Part shown: positions 25,303 to 38,391 of the stretch, piece by piece
Position numbering within the stretch: position 1 is the stretch's first letter
Layout of the letters: the number at the start of each line of letters is the position of its first letter
Source: Enoplolaimus lenunculus
Taxonomy: Eukaryota
Length of the DNA: 64,000 nucleotides
Reading direction: 5' to 3'
NCBI GenBank assembly: GCA_030248215.1
Contig: JASANG010000753.1
Span: 186,001 to 250,000, forward strand
Notes under the pieces: generated by a model
Databases searched by the model: none
The model's input: the letters and a program-made list of their open reading frames with translations, nothing else
What the model was told of the DNA's origin: nothing
Translations under genes and position numbers: made by a program

Positions 25303-28300
25303 TTTTTGTGGCAAGGGTAAATTTTATATTGTGAACGGCGCATTAGTCTATACAAAATAAAGCCCATGTTAATTATAAGGACGTGCTCGCTAAACCTAAA
25401 CCCGAAGCCTAAACCTAAGCGAAACCTAACACTAAACTTAAGCCTTAAACCTTAAATCTGAGCATCCCACTCTCAATGTCCCGGGCCTGTATATGAACGT
25501 AGCCAGCTCGTCAAGCTGCTGAGGGCGAAAAATATTTTTACGAATGGCATACAAGGAGTTTTCGTTGACTTACAAGCAAGGTTGAAAATTTTGTTGAAGG
25601 GTGCCAATTAGTTTCCAGTGTAGACTGAGCCACATTCTCTCATTGCCTTCGGGATAGGGTTCGTGTAAATAACATGGGTCTAAAAAATAGACAATATTGA
25701 AATGTCGAAAAAATACCAGCTCAAATTCATCGAGTTACCTGTTAAATCAGTCAAAATATTCAATTTTGTCCCGCTGAGGGAAAAAGACAGTATTACTGGT
25801 TGGTTAGTCTTTGATCTTTGCTGGTTTCACCGCTATACCCTTACCGCATTAGTATAATTACACACAAAGAGTTTGCTGGTTGACTCTGTTATTGATTTTT
25901 GAAGTTGAATTTTGTGTTTTTAAGATTATAATAAAATGTTGTTTATATTCAATTTTAACAATCATTTCAGTTCCCTGTTGTATTGTGATTTGTGAATTAA
26001 GGTTGTACAGTGACAGATCATAGAATTTTACACGGGAGGGGGTATCTAGTATATGCCCAAACTCAATAGTCCAGCATGAAAGCGGTATGCAATCTTTGTA
26101 AACTGCATCTTAATACAAAATTTTGGCTTTGATTCTGGCTTAAAATAAACAATTAGCCTGAATCCTCGTTTAGGATCGGCCAATAGAAGGTTATGGAATA
26201 TTTTAGACGTATTGGGGGTATAAAATTGCTTGTCGCGGCCGACGAAAACATTGTCTGAGTTTGTAAGACATGTAGGTACATGTATTGATCAGGGGCGGAA
26301 CGTTTTTTGCCAGACTACAATGGAGTAAGCTTACTATTTACACTATTTTTCGTTTAAATTTAGGCTTTAGATATAAGCTCATTCTTACGCTTTAGGAGTA
26401 TGTTGATACTACTGTTACGGCACTGTTCTATGCATTGGTTGATACGTTTTAGCCAAACTAATCAATGATGACAAAAAAATTTTGGCTAATTTTGAAGCTT
26501 CGCAGCCTTTACCCTTTCTCGCATAAAGTCCTACCAGCAGCAAAGAATTTGAAAAATGTGGACATGCAATTGATACCCAATCCGACGTATTTTAACAATT
26601 CCTTGGATGTGCAGACCCAATTCTCCCTAAAACGCAAAAGCTCGTTCTGGCTGGGGCGCCAAGTGATGTATCACTGACTGGTCATAGTAACCGCCGCCCA
26701 ATCGAGAGACCGGGGTTCGAATCTTACGTTGAAATGAAATCGCAAATCAAACAGGTCCGTAGCCATACACAAAAAAGTATTTCTGAATTTATTCAGAAAA
26801 GTGTTTTCTGTGGCAAATCTGAAAAGTTTTGCTGATATTTAAGACGATTTTTCTAAAAATAACTGGAAAACGTTTATTTTCAGACTTTATTTCAAAACGT
26901 TTTTTGAAACATTTCTGTTATAACAGAAATACTTTTCAAGTGCACCTTGCTAATCATATTTCTCAAATGTAAGAAGTTTTTTCTTAAGTATCAGAAATAT
27001 TATTTTGAGTGCAGCTCACCTTGCTAGTGGGCTAAAATTTTTCAAGGTGGTGCGCATACTAGGGTTTTCAATGAGTTATAAGCAAGGTTAAAAGATTTCT
27101 AGGAGGAGTCAAAAAATTTTCCGGGGGGGCCCAAAAATTTTTCACACACCCCTTGGGGCTACCGGCCCCGATATGAAATAAAAAATATTCATGCCGGAAA
27201 GAATTAAACTTTGCAAAATGAGATTTAGCTTTGCGTGTAAAGCTATCAAAACGCTTATTTTGTGACTCGATAGCTTTTGCTGAATTAAAGTTAGGGTTCT
27301 TCAACCCTGCCAATATTTGTCTCGCGGGTAATGCAGAGTCAATTGACCACTGATATACATCTCTTTGCCGCACCCCACAGGATTCTGTTGTATTTGTATT
27401 CGACAACCACCCGTGTCGCTTGTTCCATTGCCTATTATACTTCATGATATATGACTGCTTCTCTGGCCCGTACCCAGACGGGGTCCAGATGAAAGACTTA
27501 GACCTCTAAAAATTTTCGCCCCCCCCCCCAAAAATTTTTCAACCTTGCTTATAAGTCATCGAAAACGCTTGTATGCTCTTTCTGAAAAATGTTTTTGTCC
27601 CCGCCTAGCAAAGTGAGCTGGCTTCGAGACTGTTGGTTCTTGGAAAATTTTAAAATTTAATTTCAATTTTTTTTTGAAATATTATGCTAATTTGCATTTT
27701 GGTTTCTATAGATTGATGTCTGACTGTGTGTGTGTGTGCCCCTTTTTCTTAAGCGAGGGGTGTGGTCACTATATGGACCGAGTACTGGTTTTGGGTTTTA
27801 AACCAGTGATATTTTATTTGCCAACTGCGCCCATTTTTTAGAAATGTTGTTAAGGATATATATTGACCCTTTGTATACAGTAACCCTGAGCTGGAAATGT
27901 GTCATGAGTGTGTCTGACTGACTACCCTGTGACTTGAGATAACATTAAACTTTATTATACCTGCTCAAGACAAATTTTAATTTTATATATACTCTTAACA
28001 AAAAGTTATGGCTGAATTACGTTCACATTCATTCGGCTAGACAGCAGCGTTAAAGCTCTATTCACACGTGTAGTTTTTGCTGCAAGGACTGGCAGCTGCA
28101 AATTGTACGCAGAACTTGCATTTTTTCGTGAGCCAATGAGAAAGCGCCTGCAATAAATTCAGTCAACTTTGCATGGTTCTTCACACATGTGAACTAAAAC
28201 TCCCAGCAATGATTTTTAATGAATTATTTGCAGCTGCAAATTTTTCAAACGGGATTTTGGATAAAACTTGCAAGTGCAAGTTGCAGCTGCAAGTTTTCAC

Positions 28301-28660
28301 AGCAAAAACTTGAACGTGTGAATAGAAGAGCTTTACATATTCGATGCATATGAAACAGGGTGTAAACCGAAAATAAAAATAGCCGAATCGGAAACGGATA
28401 GTAACCAAACGGAAATGTAAAGGGACACTGAGTTTTACCGGAAACATATATTCGGTTAATACACAGTGATTATAAATTCACTCAAGAGATAACATTCAAT
28501 TTGTGATGAATAAGATTGAACAACATAAAAGCTCACCTCCGAGCTATGAACCATATGCATCAAATCTTTGACACATGACCTGTAAGATACTTGTAATACT
28601 TTCACCCCTCTTTTAATGTGTTCCCCCACAAATGTCCCATCAAATAACGAATCCGAGCCG

Positions 28661-28813
28661 AAGCCTAAGCGTAAGCCTAAGCCTATGCCTAAGCCTAAGC
28701 CTAAGACTACGCCTAAGCCTAAGCCTATGCCTAAGCCTAAGCCTAAGCCTAAGCCTAAGCCTAAGCCTATGCCTAAGCCTAAGCCTAAGCCTAGCCTATG
28801 CCTAAGCCTAAGC
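28661..28813. repeat. Interstitial telomere-like array (GCCTAA)n, about 25 units
   Basis: Nearly pure hexamer run with variants GCCTAT/GCGTAA, with no spacer modules and no A/B/C-type TIRs nearby. Confidence 0.9.
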
Positions 28814-30294
28814 ATGTGATAATGTATAACACTGGATGGAACGTAGCTTTCAATTAAATTTACACTATTGCGATGGGGGGGGCAAGTAGACAACTACCAC
28901 CCATGACCCCCCGATTATTTCGTGCTCTACATTATATTTTTACAGCTATTGTTTTTCGTTGGTCTGTATCAAAAACAAACCGCTCCATGATAAGTGCCTG
29001 TAGGCGGCTATGCCACTCTTGAATCATATTTCAAACTAAAAACTATTTAATCCGGCCGCGTTACTGAATCTTAGCGATAAGCTTACATCGGGATACAACT
29101 GAACGGAGTTGTGGTTTGGGGGAGCTATCAGACCAATAAATCATGAACTTCTCACAGTGTCGTGGCTACAGCGTTCCTACCACGGTATACCTCTGCAAGA
29201 CGGCCTATCGCGGTGGCGTTTGGGTATCCATGCCGCGGGCCTGGTTTAATGCATGAAATAAATCGACAGATTGTGGGCAGATTTCACTCAGGTTCACGTA
29301 AAAGATATGGAAATGTTTTTCAAATCTGCTTTAAACTATTCAAATCAACCTTCCAATGGGATTCGGTTGAAATCAATCAGTAATCCTCGTATTTTATTGG
29401 GTTTTAAACCGGAACGAAGCGTTAATCAAAACCGGCACTTTTGCACTTTTTCATTATATATAAAATAGCAAAATTTTAGCTTATTTTATTGCTCACGAGC
29501 GGTATTCTCTCAACTGTGCTTATGCCCTGACTGGCTCATGTTACTTTTAGGGCCGTCCCGGTTTCTGGCGGGCGTATAAAACAGTATACGCTTACATTTT
29601 AGACGTCATTTTTTGGCTTAAGCTTAGGTTTAGGCGTTAAGGCTTTCGGTTTAGAAATACGCTTTTGCTACGTTTAAGTTTAGGCATAGGCTTAGGAATA
29701 CGGTTGGCACGGCTGCGGATATGTCTATGCGCTGGTTCAAAAGTTACAAGACCTAACGCTAACTTGTGAAACGGCTACAGGTGTTTGGAACCACGACAGG
29801 TCCACAAGGATTCGCCAAAATATAATTGTTAAAACCTGAAAATTGCCAAAATTTGAGGGTCTGAGCACTTACTTGAAACATGCTACATTTAGCAATACGC
29901 ATTAGATAACGTGACCGATGTATAGATCAGAGGTGGAACATATTTGCACGGGACTGAAATATTGTAAAGCTTAAGGTTTAAGCTATTCTTAGGCTTAGGT
30001 TTAGGCTGAGCAGGGTGTAACCGCAATTTCAATACCGATTAGAGTTCCGATTCAAAAACGAGTTCCGATTCCGATTCTGATTATACTGCACAATCAATCT
30101 AAATCGGAATTTGTAAATACGTTGCATAAAAATTCTGTTTATCTATTAAACTGCTTTCAATGAGTTAACTTATCAATAATTGATTGCAGTTTTGCTTTAC
30201 AGAACAAAAATCATCGCCAATTTGTTCATGTCACATTTTTGAAAGTCACTCTTGAGGTATTAGCTGCTTGAAAATCTGTGCTAACAGCCATGTA

Positions 30295-30616
30295 CTTCAG
30301 TGTGATCCGAATAAGAAAGGGGGACTGATATTTATTTGGCTTCTCCAGAGGGTACCCCCTGTTATTCTGTTACGGACTGTTATTTATTTTTAACCCGCCC
30401 TACACCGCAATATGTTAATTCGACCTTACACCATCTCTTATGTCATTTTCTCTTTTAGGCACGACCGACCTTCCTCAGCATTTTTGTTGGTTGTCATGTC
30501 CGTTGTTTCGAATTCAGCTTAATTTGATCCTGGATTCATTTGTGCGCTTCAATTAGGGATAATTGACATTTATGGATTCTAATTGCTTATTACCCCTCTT
30601 ATTCGGGTCACTGCAG
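30295..30616. mobile_element. TA-flanked MITE (CTGCAGTGACCCGAATAAGAGGGG TIR); relatives starting at about 6907 and 12912
   Basis: TIRs at both ends with TA flanks. The interior matches the reverse complement of about 7250-7320, and 6907-7205 aligns with 12912-13210. Confidence 0.72.
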
Positions 30617-30663
30617 TAGACGAAGTTTGTGACTCTGTTGATGTAAACTGTGAAAGATTTATC

Positions 30664-30848
30664 GGTCCATGTATAGAACAGGGCCGGAACAGTAGTATAA
30701 GCGAATTCCTAAGCCTACGCCTAAGCCTAAGCGTAAAGATGAGCCTATTCCTAAGCCTAAGCCTAAGCAAACAAATTGGTCTAAAGTTTATACTGTCTCT
30801 ATTATAGCCCCTCCGGAAAACGATCCGGCCCTGTTCTATACATGGGCC
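30664..30848. mobile_element. Telomeric-repeat MITE (Merlin-like), subfamily B, about 130 bp upstream of the nlp-6-like ATG
   Basis: TIR GG(T/C)CCATGTATAGAACAGGGCCGGA at both ends, flanks GATTTATC/GATTCATC. Confidence 0.87.
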
Positions 30849-30976
30849 GATTCATCAATAATTGGTATTTAATACCGATTAAGGGTTTCAGGGTAAATAA
30901 TATAAAACCGCATTTAATAATATTGAAATTATTTCCAAAAAAAACACAACACAATAATCAATAAATACTCACCGTT

Positions 30977-31399
30977 ATGTTCGCGAAACATTCCACTGTT
31001 GTATTTTTTCTAATCGCCGGCACTGTCAGTTTGGTTCATGCGGCTGTCGTTGACGCGGAACCGGAACACGACGACGAACTGAGCGAAAAACGATTTGATA
31101 CGTCACGGCTGGCGATGGGATTTGGCAAACGAACCGCTGAAATTAGATGGCCTCAAAATTCTGCATTGTTCGACAACGCTGACGAACCGAAGCATCGAAA
31201 TTACTACAAAAAAGGCGGTGCTGGTACGCGGTCGGGGGCCAAAGACCCCACCAGTCGGTTTTCATCTTTCACTATGGGATTTGGGAAACGCGGAGTAGGG
31301 CCAGACGCACGCGGGCACCGGTTTCAATCGTTTACAATGGGATTCGGCAAACGGCAACCATTAGACGCGTCGGCGATTACGTTTGGCTTCGGACGCTAA
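30977..31399 (+). CDS. nlp-6: Neuropeptide precursor, NLP-6-like (MGFamide; allatostatin-A/buccalin-related nematode family)
   Basis: 140-aa single-exon ORF with a hydrophobic signal peptide, an acidic spacer and repeated peptides ending G-KR: FDTSRLAMGFG, (R)FSSFTMGFG, (R)FQSFTMGFG and QPLDASAITFGFG-R-stop. SFxMGFG and xFGFG match the recalled C. elegans NLP-6 peptide pattern. TTTCAG at about 30886-30891 is a possible trans-splice acceptor and there is an AATAAA near 31600. Confidence 0.85.
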   Translation: MFAKHSTVVFFLIAGTVSLVHAAVVDAEPEHDDELSEKRFDTSRLAMGFGKRTAEIRWPQNSALFDNADEPKHRNYYKKGGAGTRSGAKDPTSRFSSFTMGFGKRGVGPDARGHRFQSFTMGFGKRQPLDASAITFGFGR

Positions 31400-31734
31400 G
31401 AGCGTATTTATTTAGTACGTCGATTTTTGTATTCAACCCTCAACGATTGGTTGATTCAAGGCAGTTATGTGAAAGTTTGTAAAAAATGTACTACTCAAAT
31501 TGCGAAAGTGGGCTATTTTATGCTGATTTTTTTATATTAAGAATAATGTATATGATTTGATATGGCTGATCAGTAAGGTTATCAACCAAAAATATTATTA
31601 ATAAAATCTCACTGTATGCTTACGTTTGGAATTTTAAATCATAGTTTTAAGTTTTGAAAATATTAAGAATGTTTCAATTAAAATTACATAGCTATCATTT
31701 CGAAAAAAGAAGGTTACGTGCTATAAAAATTTTT

Positions 31735-31979
31735 GGCCATTGTATAGAACAAGGCTGGAGCAGTATTATAAGCATATTCCTAAGCCTATGCCTAAGCCGA
31801 AGCCTAAGCGTGAGCGTAAGGTTGAGCCTATTACTAAGCGTAAGCCTAAGCCTACGCGTAAGGATGAGCCTATTCCTAAGCCTATGCCTAAGCCTAACGA
31901 AAAAAGTTAGCCTAAAGCTTAAACTGTCTCTATTACAGCCCCGCCGGAAAATTATCCGGCCCTGTTCTATACATGGGCC
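31735..31979. mobile_element. Telomeric-repeat MITE (Merlin-like), subfamily B
   Basis: Both TIRs and a GCCTAA core, downstream of the neuropeptide gene. Confidence 0.8.
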
Positions 31980-32767
31980 ATGAGCGTTGTTTGGGTTATA
32001 GACTGAAAAGTGGCCTAAAACGCTTCAATAAAGACCTCAAATTGAGGGAGTTGGTTTTCGCCCTTAAAATTCAGTCTTATAATCGCCTTTCTGTTTTAAA
32101 TTACAGCTAATGTGTAGAACAGGGCCGTAACAGTAGTATAAGTTTATCGCTAAGCTTAAGTCTAAGCCAAAGCCTAGGCGTAACAATGACCTTATACCTA
32201 AGCCTAAGCGTAAGCAAAACCAATTAGTCTAAAGCTTAAGCTTACTCTATTTAAGTCTCGCAGAAAAATGTTTCGCCCTTATGTTTACACAGGACCGGAG
32301 CAGCCACCCCCATACCCCTCATTTGGACCCCCCCCAATTGGCGCCCACTCTATCCCGCTGAAACAAAAACCGCTGAAGTTTTAAGATGCGTCTGGCTTCT
32401 CGTGCGCAAATTTGAGGGTCCCACCCTGGAGTGTGGGGGGAGCCACCACCCATCACCCTGTTTGCTTCGGCACTGTCTTTACACGCAGGTCGAAAACAGC
32501 AAACAAAAATTTTTTTGACCAGAAACTGGACATTCTAAATATTATAACACTCTTCGACCCACGAATGTTATAAAATCAATCAGTACGGACATGTGTACGA
32601 AGACAATCACAAATAAAACTACTTGTTGAATAGCTTTCTGCTCACACCAGCGTTAATTAACTTAAGGGTAACGTCCACCAAACTACCATAATTGGTTTCC
32701 TAAACCTAAGCCTAACCCTAAAGCGTCATGCAGCCTATTTTATTAATTATGTCTTTATATGTGGAGG

Positions 32768-32969
32768 GGCCAATGTAAAGAACAGGGGGCGGAACAGTAT
32801 TATAAGCATAACGCTAAGCTTAAGCCAAAGCCGAAACGTAACAATGAGAGCATATTACTAAACCGAAGCCTAAGCCTAAGCCAAGCAAAAAATTAGTCGA
32901 CAGCTTAAGCTTATATGCTCTATTGCAGTCACGCAGAAAAACGTTCCGCCCCTGATATTTATATGGGCC
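32768..32969. mobile_element. Telomeric-repeat MITE (Merlin-like), subfamily A
   Basis: Both TIRs and a degenerate GCCTAA core. Confidence 0.8.
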
Positions 32970-33216
32970 AATGAAGGGAACGTGAACAAATAAGCAAGCA
33001 CCCTTAGGATAAAACTGTAAAAAGTCATTTAAATCTTGTGCTGAATAATTTTTGCTGAGTTTTGCTGCTAAGCTGGTTTCATAGCTAGCAACCTATTTGC
33101 TTAGGCTGGGTGGCTTTCAATTTTTTCAAAGCGTTTTAATTGGCTGGTTACAATTTTTTTCTTCATATCAAATATTGGAACGTCTCAATTTAGACGTAAA
33201 CTACTAAACTGCAGTT

Positions 33217-33401
33217 GGCCATGTATAGAACAGGGCCGGAACAGTAGCATAAGCATATTCCTAATCCTAAGCCTAAGCGTATGGATAAGCCTATTCCTAA
33301 GCCTAAGCCTAAGCCTAAGCCTAAGCAAAAAATAGTCTAAAGCTTAAACTGACTCTATAACCCCTCCGGAAAACGATGCGGTCCTGTTCTATACATGGGC
33401 C
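33217..33401. mobile_element. Telomeric-repeat MITE (Merlin-like), subfamily B
   Basis: Perfect 8-bp TSD CTGCAGTT (33209-33216 / 33402-33409). Confidence 0.9.
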
Positions 33402-36400
33402 CTGCAGTTTTTATGCATTAGTTGACAGTCGGTATATGTAAGGGGGGTGGTCCAATTCTGTCCCCCCTCGGCTCTAAAAATATAGTCGATGCTTATATCT
33501 TCCATCACCAGTTTAGGGTCCATCATAGAAAAATGAATATTTACAGATGCGGTAGCTTATTAGCTAACATCTCTGCTACAACCCATCCGTTATCCAATAT
33601 TTTGGTTCCGGTCATGTTGCTAGACTAAGGCTTAAGCTTTTTAATAAAATTTAAGCCTGAATCTAAACCTAAGCCTAAACCTATACGTGAAAACCTTTTG
33701 TCAAGTTTTAGCCTAACTTCCGAATGGTAAACCTAAGCCTAAACCAGTAGCCTACGTGTTGTTTGTGGGGAGCAAAATGTTTAAGAGCCGAATAAAAGAG
33801 TATTTTGCCAGAAACTTTTCACGATATTAAAATGGTCAAGTCTTACAAGCCAGGCTGTCACAGTAAATCGTGGAGTTTTAAAACCTAAAATGTGATCACA
33901 TTGTCACATTATAATGATTTATTGAAACGTTTAACAAGGTTTAACATAAGTGACACCTGGAAAAAGAAATACCTGTTGAAATATTTCTTGTTCACAACCA
34001 GCTCAGTAGCCAATCACCTAAACCTACAGGGGGCGCACCAATAACACGTTCGCGTCAAGTAAAGCGAGCCAAAAGCCAAACGCAATATTTAGCATTAAAT
34101 CAATACTAAATTTTGGCTTGGAAACTATTCAAAGGCAGCCACGACGCCTTTGGTTTATGCTGCACCAGGCCCGTAGCCAGCTCACTTTGATAGGGGCGGC
34201 TAAAAAATTTTCAGGAGAGGCATTCAAAGGTTTTTAATGACTTGCAAGCAAAGTTGAAAATTTTCCATGGGAGCCAAAATTTTTCCACGGGGGCTCAGCC
34301 TCCCCTGCCCCCTTGATTACGGGCCCGTCCTGCGTAGCCAGCTCACCTTGCTAGGGGGGCTGAAAACTTTTCAGTTTTAATGACTTGTAAGCAAAGTTGA
34401 AAATTTTCCAGGGGGGGGGGGCAAAATTCTTCCAGAGGCACTCAGCCTCCCCTGCCCCCCCGTAACGACGGATCCGTCCTGCACCCTTGTATTTCACGAG
34501 TTTGAGTAAAAATGGTTTTCTTGCTTAAATACTCTGAAACCTGGCTTTCGTGGCCGTTTGGCTTAAACCTTTCGGTCTTAATTTGGCTGGCTTTTAGAAG
34601 TATCGTATCAAGTTTTGTTACAGAAGTTTCGTTGTTGACAGAGACTAAGCACGAAAATTATTTTACTTGAAAGTAGCATCTGAAGAAGTAGTCAAAATTT
34701 TTGCCGTGGACAACCGCGGTACCTAATGTTTGATTCGGGGAACTAAACTTTGTGTGGGCAGCGCTTAGGCTTCGAGATGGTCTTCTCTTTAAGTGAAGGA
34801 TCTACGGTGACTCTGGCACGCAAATAAAATTGTCTTCAAATTTCAAGTGTCTTACTTTTGTTAAATTTTCAAGACGTAAATGTCTAGTATTTCAGACATT
34901 AATAACCTTAAACAGCTCAGAAAATCGTTTCGGAAATTGTTAAAACATAAATGTTTTTATATTTAAGAAATTGCTATTGCCAATTTATAAGACAAGAGTT
35001 TCTTTTATTCAAGAAATAGTTGTCTAATATTCAAGAATTTATTTTTTGATTTTTATGTAAGAATGTAAAAATGTTACTTTATTTTGTATTCTTTAGAGAG
35101 TATATGTAACCGAATTTCAAAGATATTTCAGGTTGAGCTCAGGCTCCCCCCTAGCCTAAGCTTACGTCTTGGACGTATCTTAGGTTGTAAAATTTAGGAT
35201 ATTGGGTGAGCTTTAGCGCGTATTCTGGAGCCGGATTTCTTTGAAAAACTATGTCTTGTATTTCAGACATATTTGTTTTATATTTCTGTAATATTCCTCT
35301 CAATCGTTCATAAAACTTAGTGTTAAATTTCAAACGTTCAAGTATGAAAAATTTTAGACCCGCATTTCTGAAAATTTTCAGAAATAAAAGTTTTGAATTC
35401 AAGACATATATCTCTGCCCTGCATTCTGATTATTTAAGACATAATTGTCTTAAATTTCAGGTAATATTTCTTGAATATAAGAAAATATTCTTTGTGTGTG
35501 CGTCTAGTGACAGTTTATCGCAAAGAAATGTTCGGTAAATTTGGTCGATGCTTGGTACGCCACGGGAGTTGAAAAAATCTTAAAACAGAAAACCTTATTT
35601 TTAATATTTCAAAACAGAACATATCTTTGATTTCGAATAAGGGTTGCGTCATACGTTTTTTGACGGATGGCGCCGTATGAGTAACGCACGATGATGGACG
35701 GAGTCGGACGTCAAGTTTAGCGCAATCGTAATATTTGTTTTGAAAAAAACATAAAAACTTTACGAAGTCAGTTAGTTTAGCGTGAATAATTTTTGGTTAA
35801 CATATGCATCGTTGCGTTGTACTTCTTGGCTTATTCTGCTCCAATTTGAAATGACGTAAATAGCTTTTAAACCAGATAAAGCTGATAATTTTTTCTTTGA
35901 GCCAGAACCAGCAATTTCAGTTCGATTTTAACTGGTGTTACGTTTATATATCGTGTCATGTGGGGCAAAATTAGCTCACAGTTGTGAATTGCACGGCTGA
36001 ATTCTCAGATGTGCGTAACGCCTAGGTATATTGGCTGTCAGCGTGCAACCGGAGGTGAAAAATGCCGGAGCCGAAGCCGAAGTCAACGAAAGTTGCAGGA
36101 GGCGGGGCCGGAGGTGAAGAGAAATTAGGTAGTAAAAATGATGATTAATTAGCTAATTTTAGCAATATCTTGCAATATGTTGCTAAGTTGTTTGGTTCGC
36201 TAATTTTCTGCGAAATTTATGAAATTCTTACTTGAAAATTTTGACAGAAGTAAAACGAAACGCGCTAAACAGATAAATTTTGCAAAATTATGCAAAATTT
36301 TTTCTACCAAAATTGCCGGAACCCAGACAAAAATTCCGCCGGAGTCGGAGCCGGAGGCTGATTTTCTGCCGGAACCGGAGGCAGACCTACGGTTGTACCC

Positions 36401-37671
36401 TGTTAGCAGTGGGTAATAGCTTTTGGTAACACATTCGAACCAGCGAGTGCTAAGCTTCCAAATTTATCACATTTTTGCATTTCGTAGATGCCATACTTGG
36501 TATAAAAGTTTGAGATCCCGTCGCTGCTGTAATTAGCTTTGTTTGAAAACCTATTACTAACTGACCATTTTGGCTGTGCACGCTTGAAACTACGAATGCT
36601 GGTTGAAGGATATGCCGCAGAGTTTAGCAAAACTTTCTGCTTGTCGTTATTAAACGCGTTATCAATTTTGGCCAATGAGTATACGCTTATGGCGGCGGTG
36701 TACGGCTCATAGAGACCTAAACCGGACACGTCTACCAGGTATCTGGTCATCCACCTGGCGTCCAATGTGCAATCCGCTGCGGTTGTTTAGTTTTACCGGT
36801 CCGGTACTCCGGTCGTCTGCCTGGAGTGCGATATACAGGCGGCCCCGTCGGCCTAGATTTTCTGATCCGGTTCCGTAGAAGTTGCCGGTTTTTGTAGGTT
36901 TTGGGTTGAGTGTTTGTGTAAGTCCGTTGTTATAGCTTTGAGGTCCTGCCTTCGCCACTTGTGGTGACAGTATAAGGACGGCTCGTACCCAGCTATGAAA
37001 CAAGATCCGCAACTGTTCCGCCTGATAAAGGCGATTGGGATGTGGTTAGTTCCTTCATGGACGTTTATGTGGTGGCAGCGACTACTTGGGATCTATGGCA
37101 TTTCACTGGAAGATTTGATCGTTAACCGCGAAGCCCCAACTGACGGAACCTCGGTGATGGAATTCATGTTGGTGCGTTTCCTGGTTGGGGGAGGCTGTCT
37201 ATCCCTGTTGAAGGATCTGATCCCATTTGCTTGCTATTATTGGATACATAAGTTTTTGGAAATTCGCAATCACCTCCAAAATGTTGATTCAGAATGTACC
37301 CGCTGCGGACATGGTTTACTTCTGTACCCTGATCTCACACTGCTCGTCCAGTGCGATTAGGGGCGCTCAAAGTGGACAGCGTATCATCACCTTTACACAC
37401 GTGGGTGGGACAAAATCCTTTCAGGGGACACTTGAAAGGTTTCTATAAGTGTGTTGAACCCTGCTAGTCTCATCTTCAACGTTGTTCCATATTGTCGCTC
37501 GATACACACTGGTGTTTTTGAAACTTATCTCCTTGAAAGCGTCAGTGATTTCAACGGATGGATGGGCAACACCCGCAACCACTGGATGGACCTCATGTAG
37601 CAACACCGTCGGCTGAAGTAATACCGGTGCAAGAACCGGCAGTGCGGGAAGATCCATGAAATAATACCAAG

Positions 37672-37841
37672 GGCCCATGTAAAGATCAGGGGCGAAACGG
37701 TTTTCTATGGGACTGCAATAGAGTAAGCTTAGGCTTTAGACTATTTTTTACTTGGCTTACGCTTAGGCTTAGACTTAGGCTTAGGCTTAGGCTTAGGAAT
37801 ATGCTTATAAGATTGTTCCGTCCCTGTTCTTTACATAGGCT
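37672..37841. mobile_element. Telomeric-repeat MITE (Merlin-like), shortest single-module form
   Basis: Perfect 8-bp TSD ATACCAAG; 170 bp with one (TTAGGC)n run. Confidence 0.9.
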
Positions 37842-37987
37842 ATACCAAGTCACAATTTTCACCTAATGTACGAGTTTTAAAAATGTGACGACTTAGGCTT
37901 AAACTTAGGTTTACGCATGATATATACAGTAACCTAAGGCGGGGGAATTGCGCCTTTTGTGACACTAAACTCACTGTTCGAGAAAAG

Positions 37988-38193
37988 GGCCCATGTAAAG
38001 ATCAGGGGCGGAACGTTTTTCTGTAGGACTGCAATAGAGTAAGCGTAAGGTTTAGACTAATTATTTTGCCTGGCTTAGGCTTAGGTTTAGGCTTAGGAAT
38101 ATGCGCGTTACGCTTAGGCTTACGCTTAGGCTTAGGCATATGCTCAGGAATACGGTTATAATACTGTTCTACCTCTGTTTTTTTACATTGGCC
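37988..38193. mobile_element. Telomeric-repeat MITE (Merlin-like), subfamily A
   Basis: Perfect 8-bp TSD GAGAAAAG (37980-37987 / 38194-38201). Confidence 0.9.
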
Positions 38194-38391
38194 GAGAAAA
38201 GTAATCGATACCACTAAACGAACATCCACTTTGGTTTCAGCTCGTTTTACTTGTATTATAAACCGAAATTTTACTACTAAACTACAACGACTATTTTACG
38301 TCAAACCGTAATCATGTGACAAAATGTGTTCAAAAACCGTAATTTAAATTGAATTTCTTAAAAAAAATTACATCAAAATAAAGCCGCCGCG

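Noticed and set aside
30664..31979. Composite transposon of two subfamily-B MITEs carrying the neuropeptide gene
   Set aside because: The left MITE has its own TSD and the outer flanks (GATTTATC vs ATGAGCGT) do not match, so these are independent insertions.
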